Shown piece after piece: positions 12,943 through 24,100 of a stretch of DNA of 64,000 nt (the stretch's first letter is position 1; every line of letters starts with the position of its first letter). The DNA comes from Fimbriosthenelais zetlandica. Taxonomy: Eukaryota. The position numbers and the translations under genes were made by a program. The notes below the pieces were generated by a model, which worked only from the letters and a program-made list of their open reading frames with translations, did no database searches and was not told the origin of the DNA. The stretch lies in assembly GCA_977030845.1 (NCBI GenBank), contig OZ365110.1, positions 18,166,001 through 18,230,000 of the forward strand, read 5' to 3'.

Positions 12943-15900
12943 TCATGTGGGAAGATGTGCTTCTACACGCGCATTAATTTCATTAACAGATTGTTTCATT
13001 CTCACAGGATTATTGAAGAAATGAACAAAGAGTTCTCGCTCCATAACCTTGAGTGGATCGGTTTTTAATATCTGAAAAAAAAGCAAATGACAATGAATAT
13101 TACATTTTGAAAATAATTTTTAATCATCTTTCTAGTCACATCGTCCTAACTTAGACATACTCCGGAACTGTATAAGTTTGCCCAACTTAAAAGTTGAGAT
13201 TTGTGATATTTCCTTACCTTTTTCTTGCTGTCGATATCCTTTATTATGTCCATGACAGCTTCTTCCAGCTTTTTAAGCATGTTGTCAAGCTGGGTGAGGT
13301 TGTCTAGTACTGTCTGTGGGGTCAAAATTGGTAAACCACCTATTGTGGACGACTCCGAGTACACCAAGGACTGGCATGCATTCATATTAGTCTCCCTAGA
13401 AATTACAAACGTACAAGATTAACCGATTTAAAAGAGGTGAAAAACTCAAATATAAACTCCTGTTTAATCACACAATTTTGAGATTCATGAAGAAAAGAGG
13501 CAATATCATGTCTTTCGTGGATTACATATATATACGTGTACAAATACTACATACGTAAAAGACAAATGAGTAACTTACAAGACGGAGAGGCTCTCATTCT
13601 GCACATTATTTGAAGCCAGGAGTGAATTTTTCAGAGAAGCCACTTGGTTGTTAAGTTTGTCAGCGTTATCAGCAAGTTCCTGATAGGTGAGGAAAATCTG
13701 CTGCTTATCACCACTATTTGTAGACGGACCTAGAGACAATAAAAATTCGGTTCGGGCAGGTGAATAAAATGGGGCAGGTGAAAAAATTAAGGCAGGCTAA
13801 ACTATGCTCAGACACCACATGCATCTACAAAGACAGGGTAAATAATAGATGGATTTTTTTTTCAAAAACATGATGACTCACAGAGAATATGGTGAAGCCG
13901 GGTTATAAATTTGTCCCTGGAATCCACTGTACCTCTCTGATACCTCGCGGGGATCTGATGGGCTTCTTCCATCATTTGCTGGTAATGAGAAATCATATCA
14001 TTAGCAAATTAATATTTTACAAAGAAAATAAAAACCAACACAAATGTTAATACTGAGAGTAAGTATGTCATCCCTACCTGTCGCCTTTGAATGGCCTGTA
14101 AGTTGGACTGAAGCATCATGGCGGCAGCTGTGAGTAGACGGTGGGTGTCCCGGTGGTTTTTGATCTCCAACTCATACGCCATGGTAATATACTCATTCCT
14201 GGCCCTTTGAATTACCAACTCATTGATCACCTGAAATAACAAATACTTCGGTTAAATAAATAATACTTCTGAAAAAAAAGCTTTCCACAATTATAAAAAT
14301 TCAAATTGTGGACCGCACTTGATTGTTCTTGCTAAAATGATTATATATAAACACATTATTATTGATAATTATCAATATTAATGTACATGTAGTCAATACG
14401 GAGTAAATATAATAAACACCCTGTCTTGGTTGGAAGTGAAGTAGTCTTGGCGGGCTATCTTCAGCATGTAGTCCCCACGGAGCACCTTTGTCACTTGGAG
14501 CTCAGCACTGTCCTTCATGAGGGCTGGAATCTTACTCTCCCCAAACACATTCATATCTCTCCTCATCAAACTCAGCGATGTCTGTGCATCCTGTAGTTTG
14601 GCGCTAATGAAAAAAGTGAATATAACTAATGTGTACTTAATAATTAGCAATTGTTGACAGGTCAATTTCATATGACACTTCATTCGTGGAATAATATTTT
14701 TAAAACCCCTGACACTCACCTTAATTCTTTAATATTTTGAGGATATGGTTTGGTTTTCAGGGATTTAACTTTATCTTCAGCAAAATGACAGGCTGCTGAT
14801 GTACTTTTCAGTTCCACTGCTGCATTGATTCTCCGAGATTCACTTTTTGGATAGCTGAAATTGGATATTAAAAAGATATTATAATAAAAGGAAATTATAT
14901 TCCTTGCATTTTTAAGAAAGGTGATTATAGATTCGAGTAATGCTAAATACAAATGTAATTCTCATCATTTCAAGGAATAAAAGTCCAGTGAAACAGTGCC
15001 TACATAAGCTGAAGACGGCCTAGTTCTTTACAATCGTCCATGTTAACATCTTTCTTCTCTCCAGACACCAACAGACTAACTGGATTGCTTACTTCCAAAA
15101 GTTCATACTGTGAGCCTTCAGCTGTCCCCGCCATTTGGGCAATTCCCTGGTAAATACAAAAAAATAATATATGATATGACAAAATCATGGTATATGACAA
15201 AATCATGGTACCGTATATTATAAAGTAACTCAAAGTGTGGAAAACATTTTTCATCTGATTTTGCCATGTAATCACCTCAAAGAATTGTTTCTTCGTAAAG
15301 GCGGTCAGCTCTTGAGTAAACTTCTCTTCTGCCACATAGTATCGCTCTAAATCAACGTGTGACAAGAAAGGAGCTTCATGTGATTCTTTACCAGTGGGAC
15401 CTGCTCCTACCCTGTACAGACCGCTTAAGCTGCGGACTGATTCGTTTAGTTCTTGAAGAGCTTCATTCATCTGTGCAAGAAAATACAAAAATTTAGTCCG
15501 ATCATTAAACAACTTGTATGAAATATTTTCTCTGTGGTTTCATAGCAGGAATGACTGATGGAGACAGATGGACTAACCTTTATGTTGTCTGCTTGAGATT
15601 GTTCAAGGGCCTGAGTGTAGGACTTCTTAACAGCAGCTTCAACGGAATCCATTTGGACGAGGCGATCATTGAGCAAGGTCTGGTGTTGACTGAAATTTAA
15701 AATATTGCATTTTCATTTCTCACCGTGGAACGCCCAGGTCCAATGTGATTAAATGACTACTAAGCATCTAGGTGAGGAGTATGAAGTATGATACCGTTCC
15801 CTTACCTTAGTTTGTTGCGCTGCTGCGTGAGAATATCTTTCCTCCGTTTAGTAAACGTCATTTCTTCTCGTACTTCCTTAATGTCAGTTCTTAAATATAA

Positions 15901-16488
15901 ACCATGGAAATTAACTTTTTCATAATCTAACAAAGACGCAATTAAAGAATGGTTCATTTTCAGTGAAAACAAAAGGCATACTCTATTTTCTCAATGGATG
16001 ACTCTCCATCTTGTAGGCCCACGGACAGATTTCGCAGTGCTTCATCCAGTTGTGCTCCCTCAAGTGTACCAGAAGAGTCTTGAAGGGTCTGGAACCTGAA
16101 TTAATTTAAGGAAAGACTCTATTTAATAAAACTACTGTAATCACAAGACACCGGTACCGTACCGGTAGGCTACTCAATCTAGATAAGAAACAGATAAGAT
16201 ACCGGTACGGTAGCCTACCCCATAAATTGGCATAATAATCATAAAGGCATTTGTTTCTAAACATAATTATTGGGTTCTCAAAATATTCAGAAAATAAAAT
16301 CCTTACTCCTTAATATCATTAGGATGTAAAACGTTATTTTCTTGAAGGTTGTGACAAAACCACTCCAAGAATGGAAACACATTTTCATTCTCAAAGAGCC
16401 AGTCATAACTGCTGTCGTCCAGCCTATCTGATGAAGTATATCCCAGGCGACTGAGAGTCTTCACAAACAGACTGCCACTTCCACTCAT
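12943..16488 (-). CDS. HAUS3: HAUS augmin-like complex subunit 3, 13 coding exons, 618 aa
   Basis: Exons 16488-16307, 16095-15982, 15889-15806, 15689-15578, 15470-15276, 15146-15004, 14854-14720, 14603-14420, 14230-14078, 13978-13882, 13729-13579, 13395-13218, 13071-12943 sum to 1857 nt in frame. Motifs DWLFE..FLEWFC, LEGAQLDEAL, FTKKQFF, GDYMLKIARQDYF, YELEIKNHRD and MERELFVHFF match recalled HAUS3. Confidence 0.95.
15175..15210. repeat. 18-bp perfect tandem duplication in a HAUS3 intron
   Basis: TATGACAAAATCATGGTA x2. Confidence 0.85.
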
Positions 16489-16574
16489 GATGTACCCGGG
16501 ATTTATTTGTCTTTCAAGTTTCTAGCATTTTTCTGTCAGGGAGCTGGCATTATCTTTGCCACTATGGCACTAAA
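16489..16574 (-). other. HAUS3: HAUS3 5'-UTR part of the ATG-containing exon
   Basis: Strong acceptor CTTTTCTTTTTTTTCAG on the minus strand ending at 16575. A plausible upstream non-coding exon ends at donor CAG|GTAACT at 17835. Confidence 0.6.
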
Positions 16575-17834
16575 CTGAAAAAAAGAAAAGAAATGACACT
16601 CAATATTGACAATATGATTATGGCATAGCAGTAGGCCTACTACATATACACCGATACAGAAAACATGCGCAGTGAGCACCTCCTCAGCCTCGTTCTGAGC
16701 TGACGGGTCGCTTACCAGGGACGCATATAAGTACATATAGGGAATATTTGGTGATGCCACCTTAAAATGCTTCTTGCAAGCATATGGGTTTGATTATTCA
16801 CTTGAAAATCCACATATGGCTTATGAAATAATGAAAGTTTTGTATCATGTCCAGTGTTGAGTTTTGGTCCACTGGGAAATACTGAATTGAAAGCCTTTTT
16901 TGTGTTGTTTTGATGAGAATTCCCTCCGGGAAAGGTAAACAAGCCGGTTTTATCCCGTGAAAGTATGGCTATACACAAAAACATTGCCAATCAATGAACC
17001 ATTTTCTATCAATATTGACCACCTAAGTATCCATCTTCTAAACAGACCTCTAAGTTTAAAGTTTTTATAAGAAATCAATGAATTCAGAATGATTTAGGCT
17101 GCTCCCGAGCGCACACTCGGACTGTGGGAAGGTAGGCAGGGAGCTAGGGGAAGATGGGATGACCCGAGTCGGGATGACCGGCCTACCAGTGGACGTGCAT
17201 CGGGGTCGACTGGTGACCCCCTCTGAGTCACCACATGAGCACCCCGTGAGCTGGTGATGTGGCCTCTGTGTGTGTTCCAAATTTAACTCATATTTCAGCA
17301 ACCTAAATCATGAAATATTTTTTCTTGATCCATATTCTGTGATGGATCAACTTTAGAAGTGTCCATTTCCCAAGTTTTGTTAAATTTACTCCATATATAA
17401 AGGAAATATGGGACGTTATTCACAGCGTGGGTGTCTTCTATAAACCTATATAAACTAGATCGAGTCTACAGGCACGACCCGCCTGCTCAGTTCGCTTTTC
17501 TGCCTGTAGGTGACAGTAGTGTTTCTGTATCGGTGTATAGTATGATAGTATCGGTATGGCAGTATGAATACTATGAGTATAGACAGACAGAGTACCGTAT
17601 CCATCTCTACCGGCTAGGACCTAAAAAAAAAAACAAAAAAAAAACAGGCATAGATCTAGCCATAGCCAGCCTGATAGCCGCATAGGGCTAATCAGGCATA
17701 GGCCATAGCCTAGGTAGGGATATATTATAGGCTATGCATATATTTTACAGAGTAGCTACTAGATCTATCTTTTGAGTCATGAAAGAATTAAATTTCTACA
17801 AGATCACACAATTTAGAGGTCAATTTGTAGTTAC

Positions 17835-18198
17835 CTGGAATCAGAATGACTCACAAAGTGATATTTCGCCGACAAATTCACTTGAAATTTTAACTTCCGG
17901 CCGCCATGTAAATGAGTGTCGCGGGAATAGTAGCATACAATATATTTACTTTCTGGTTAAAAATGAAGGTACGATAACTAATTATACAACATACATACCG
18001 GTATTACTTAATCTCAACAAAACAAAACACGGAATATGCCACTGTACTGATGGTGGCAGATGTTCCATGGTCTACAGAGGTAATTATTTCTTATACACCG
18101 CACTGCGGAAGCGGAAATTTCAAATCGGTCAGACAACACAATAAAGTAGCCTATCTACTACTGTACTTTTGAAGAAGTTCGATGAGTTTCAGATGTAC
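17835..18198. promoter_or_regulatory. Bidirectional promoter shared by HAUS3 (-) and CENP-C (+)
   Basis: ETS-type ACTTCCGG 17893-17900, YY1-type CCGCCATGT 17901-17909, E2F-like TCGCGGGAA 17919-17927, tandem GCGGAA 18105-18116, CHR-like CTTGAA 17881-17886 and TTCAAA 18119-18124. Outward-facing donors at 17835 (-) and 18199 (+). Confidence 0.7.
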
Positions 18199-21100
18199 GT
18201 AAGGGAAAAAGATGTCTCAAAAGGTTAGTTTAACATCTAAGTTATTTATGTATCATGGCTTTAGATGCAGAAGCGTAGATGGAGGGCCTACTTCCCGACC
18301 AAGTTACCAAGTAGCCTCCAGTGACAATATACTGATACTAGTGATGATAGTACATCATACTCATAGACATAGTGACAATGGTGACAGTGGATCACAGATC
18401 ATCATCAGACGTTCTGACACTGGCAACCTCTGTCTCATAGAAAGCCAGGGCAGGGGACAATAATTATGCTCAAAGACACCGTAGACGGTAGTACTGGCCT
18501 ACTGTCGTCTTAATAACTCTTATTCATTGCCGTAGGCCTATTTAATAATAATATACCGTACTTACATAGATTATATACCGGTATCGTACTTACATAGTAA
18601 CATAGATTAGATATATATAATTTATAGTCTGTAGATAATGGCAATGCTTAAAAGTTAAAAAAAAAAAAATTATAGCAAACAAGCTAGCAACCGAAGTCTC
18701 TAGATGTAATATAAAGTCTATATTTTCAGGTTTAATTAATTACAAACATGTAGATCTACTTAAATATTAATTTATTTGTTTACAGGCGAAGCCGAAGGGA
18801 AACGTAGGCGCATGGCTTCTGAATCCCAAAATTGGAAGGTACGTCCATATATAAATTATGAGGCTTCAATATCAATTGATCTTTTTGGTCAAGGATTGTG
18901 ATCTAATAATACCGCACTGTCATTTGTTTCAGGCGAACTGGAGTAGACGTCAAGGCTAACAAGATAATTAGAAAATTCAACGATGGATTCGAAAATTTTG
19001 ACGATTATTGGACAGATTCTTCAGGTAGGCTTAAAATCTATTTACTTATTTCTGAAACGTTCAAGGTAGATCTACCGGTAATTCTTATTTTCTGACGTGT
19101 AAATTTGACAATGTTTTCCTTTGCAGAGGGAGAGGATTCCTTGGCTTCACTTCTGAAGGAGGATGAAGTCGATACTCCTGTGACCTCCGTGGTAAGAACT
19201 GTTTCTGATTCGAATTTACTATTTCATGATTTCTTTCGGCGTTCATGTATCAGTGAGATATCACATAAGAACAACCCAGAATTTGCGCCTGCATGATCTT
19301 TTGCTATTTTCCTCATTAATTTAATGCATATTATTAATTATATCAACCTCCGTTCACATTACAGATAGGTTTGGGTGTCAAACCCCTATCGCCTTTCTCA
19401 GCCTCCTCACAGACTACTGTGCCGTCCAGTGCTTCCACCCTTCATGACAGAACGGCTGAAACCCCGGTTGAGACACCGGTAAATGCTGAAGTGGAAACTA
19501 ACAGTGGCAGCAATAATGACCATAAACGGAATAAAGCAATGACAGGCGGAAGGAAAGCGTCTCCGCTTAGATTGAACCCAGGTGGAGATGCCCTTGGGAC
19601 GATCAGTAGGCAAGAAACCGCTAAACCGCTGAAGATGGAGCCGCCAGGATCCGCTCTGCCCGTTTTCAGAACAAAGAAAAGGTATATAATTATAACTCGT
19701 AAATTAAAACTCGTATATTAAAACTCGTAAATGTAAGCCTCTTAAACTTACAGTTAAACTTACCATTAGGTTACATTTACTTTGATGTCTTGAAAGTTGA
19801 ATATATATATATATATATATGGCGTATCTGCTCTTAATTTTATATATGTTCATACGCATATAGCAACAATACCTATATTCGATTATAGTTGGTCTAAAGG
19901 GCGATAATGCACTCGTCCGCAAGGTGCATAAAGAAATAGAACCAAACTAAATTATTGCACAAAAGACCAGGCACCGATCATCCACCGACCATCATTCCTT
20001 ATTCAATGGAATTATAATTTATCGGTATATAATTTTCAGGCTTACCTATTCTCATGGATCGGATAGAGATTCTATCGTCAGGTGAGTCGTAGATCTACAA
20101 TTCACTTTATACTACATGTGTATGAATTGAAACGTGTCTTCTTGGTGAGGCACCGGCGGATGAGTCACTTTCTACTTTAAATTTATTATAATTTACTTTG
20201 GATTCATGTTGTACACAACACTATGTATATTATAACAATGTACTGATGGAAAAAAATGCGTATTAGACTGTAATCAATAGCATTCTATCATTATTTTCCA
20301 GCGATACTCAAAAGCAGTCACCAGCAAAGTCATCTAAAGAGAAGGAGAACGATACCCCGTCCTTCCAGGAACCATCGCAAGCAGCTCCACGCCGCTCTAA
20401 GCGCTCCTTTCATCATGAATCGGAGAAGTCACCGCGGGTAACTAGGGCCTCAGTCAAAGATCTTCAACCTCGAGACACTGAGGCAGAAAGTGAAGACCCG
20501 TTAGATGCAATTACCCCCAAAAAGAGGATGTCTAAATCGCATGCAAAATCCCAAAAGTCACCGAAGGTTCAACCTGAAAAAATACCTTCCAAAAGTCCAA
20601 AACAGTTAAAATCACCCGGAAAGAGGAATAAAAATACGACATATGTGAATGATGAACCTGTGGAGAAGGAGGGGAACTCCATCCAGGAAGATGATGCTTC
20701 AAATAAAACATCTACTGTTGTCACAGGTGGATCCTCCCCGGGAAGTTCTTCATTAAACCAATCAGAGATTCTACAAACGGTCTCCCCTGTTTTTGTAGCC
20801 TTAGAACGATTGAAGATGAAAAACCCTTCCGTTTCAAAGACAGTCAAAACTCTGTCCTCAAAGCCTGCCTCGAAGAAACCTGTTGCTGGTGAGGACGAGA
20901 AGATAAATAAAAAATCTGTAGACGAAGAACCTAATCACAGTCCTCCTAGAGAAAAAACAGTGGTAGAAGAGGAAAAAGGGGGAAGACATTCAGAGACTTG
21001 TGTTGATTCCGATGACGATGAGTTTGAAATAGTCGATACATCTTTTGTTGTAACACATTCGCCCGTCAAACATAAGAAAGTCGGTAATATATCTACAACA

Positions 21101-24100
21101 TATCAGCGCAAATCCCGAAGTTTGTCAGTTGCCAATGCGGGAAGAAGTCCAGCGGTACTAGTAAAGCGCAAGACTCAGCCTGGAACTAAAATGCCCAAGC
21201 TAAGTGGAAAACGAAAGATGAGAAAATCTGACAATTCAAAATTATCCAGGTGGTTCAAGACCTTTTCTAATGAAGACTCGGATTCAATCAGTTTCTCATC
21301 GGAATTGAGTGAGGGTACTAACGGAGAAGAGGGCAATGATGACGGAAAATTGTTAAAGAAAAATTTAGAACCTCGCAAATATGTGAAAAAGACTAAAAGT
21401 CCAAAGGTCAAAAAGAATGCTGCCACAGAAGTGGAGAAAAAGAATAGGAGCAAAGCTCCGTCAACCAAAAAAGCATCGAAGTCGAGAGGCAAATCAAAGG
21501 TCGATAAAACTCATGTAGTGTCTGAGGAATCGATCCAGGATGATGAAAATGTTTTTCAATCGACCAAAGAGGTGCGACCAAATGATTCCGTAATTAAACC
21601 TGTGAAGAGAAGACAACAGAATAAAAGAAATAAATCATTACAAGTGGAAAATGAAGTAACCAAACATGCTACTCTTTTAACAAAGAAAACCTCGAGAGGC
21701 AGGAAAAGCTCAGGAAATAGAAAAAGTGTGTCTAGTGACTTGGACAATGTGGATCAAAGTGCGATAAATCGCAAAGAATCTAGACGGAATCGGTCACAAG
21801 CGAAAGGTGGCGAAGATGAGAAGGTTAGGAAATCAAGGCTTTCTGTTGTAGACAAGAAGAATTTGGTAAAAGCCAAGGAAGATGAAAATGACGAAGAGAA
21901 TTACGAAGATGTGTGGGAGACAATTGAAGGAAGTGAAAGTGCCAGTGATGGAGACATGGGAAGTGTTGAATTGGAGATGGAGGAGATCAAAGAAACAGTA
22001 AAAGAGAGGAGAGTAAGGGAGGGGATAGGGAAAAAAGGTATTGAAGATATGGACAATCATTTCCCTAACAATGTAGATCACCAAAAATATATTGGAGACG
22101 GAGATGGTCCAGAGGAAGCCGAGGAAGTGGAAGTATACGATATTGTTGATGTACCTTCTGTCCAGGAAATCAACAACAATAGTTATGTCATTGCCGATAA
22201 GCAATCTCACAATGATGACCTATCGAAAATAGACAGTTCATCAGATCATAAGAAAAATCTACAGAAAACCTCACCTGCTGGTACACAAGTAAAGAAGTCA
22301 AAGAAAGGTATATGAGCAATATTAAATATTACTATAGTACAGGACTAATAATTTTGACTTGAAGGCGATATCTTTGGTCCTTATCATCATGTATGGTTTT
22401 TGTCATAATAATCAGTTCTTTAATTTTTTCATAATTTATCATAATTACAGGTTGTCAAGAATCCGTCCGGAGATCTTGTCGTCCACGTGTGGCCCCTGTG
22501 GCATGGTATGACAATGAAGTTCCTGACTACTCTAAAGCGCTGAGTATGTTTCACTTAATCAAGTTCATTTTGAAAAGTGCCTATTTAAATGTGCTGTGTG
22601 ATGTCTTTCAATTATGCCTTCCATTGCTTCAGATCTTACCGAGTCTCAACGAGAACAATGCGAACCTGCTCCACTGAGAAAAAGATCTTCTGACATATCC
22701 AGTCCTCCTCAAGTCAGCAGTTCCAACGACGAATTTAGTCCACCAAGTAAGGTTTGAATGCATACCTGATAAGGAATGTATAATTTCTCTTCAGTTCAGT
22801 TGTATACTATACTTAACTATGGTATTTTTATTTTAAAATACTTGGATCTCAAAAAATGTAAAGGCAGCACTGAATAACTCTTATTATTTTCCATTAGAGA
22901 ACCTCAGATTCTCCTAGCGTGATGTGGGTACTTACTTAGCAGCAATACATTCTGGATGTTTATTCTATCTTTTCAGTTAACAAGAAGAAAAAGAATAAAA
23001 CTAAAAAACTAGAGGTGACTGTTGATAAAACAAAGGAGATAGTTGAAACAATGGAGGAAGAGTCTTATGCTCCAGCCCTAGGTAACTATATATTACAAGT
23101 TACATCCAACATCCTTTTCTGTGTATTTAAAGTGACATATTGTATAAAATGCAGAGTATTTATCATAGACATATAATACAGTACTAAAACTTCCACGTAG
23201 TGCAAACTTGTTGGGACTGAGAAAAACTTAATTTCCGGTAAATGAATTGAGATGTTTGTATATGACAACTAAAAAATTTGATTGTGGAAAAACTTAGTTA
23301 TTTACAAACGTTTCTTATTCAGATGTGTAACTTACGAATTGAAGTTTTACTGCACATTGCACTGTTTTTTGGGTTGTTTTTTTTTCAGGACACCGGCGAC
23401 GAAGTATCCTAAGGAGGGCTGGTACCCCGCGTACATCAGTGAGTAATGCTCGCTTTGCTACATATCTACCCACGTACACACCTAATGTTCTTAGTGGGAA
23501 ATTAACTAACTACTTACCCAGGTACTCTACAGCAAGTCCTCTTCATTTTAATGAGATGACATGTACCCAGACCCCTACTCGTCCAGACATAAAACAAGGA
23601 AAGACGGCGAAAAAAATTGGTGAGGAAATAGACAATCTATTTAATAACACTTTTTGCCACTTTAAATATCCTTTCCATCGTATCAAAGAAAATTAAATTT
23701 TAAAAATCTGTGTATGAATCAAATATATTTTGAAATCTGTTTCATTTATGACTTTTTTCTCATTCAGTTAAACCTTCAACACCACGTAATGACATGGACG
23801 TGAGGAGATCAAAACGGACCCGAGTACAAGCACTAGACTGGACTCGTAACGAGAGAATAGTTTATGAACCCAGGAAGTCTGGTAAGAATTATGAATATGA
23901 AGTCCCATTGTACCATTCCATGTGATGATGTCTGGCAATTATATAGAAATCATTCCATCTATAATTCCAAACGTTCCCCATTGAGAGATTTTGTGATTAG
24001 GAAACTCCCTTCTTGTTTAATTTCAAAGGCAAATAACTTAAATATTGACTTCTTTAGGCGGATTCGTGATATCGAGTGTCGCCGGATCTGACGACGAGGA

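Noticed and set aside
18812-18838. ATG GCT TCT... (MASESQNWK) as the CENP-C start
   Set aside because: This frame hits a stop in the next exon, whereas the other frame gives the conserved GRRTG motif.
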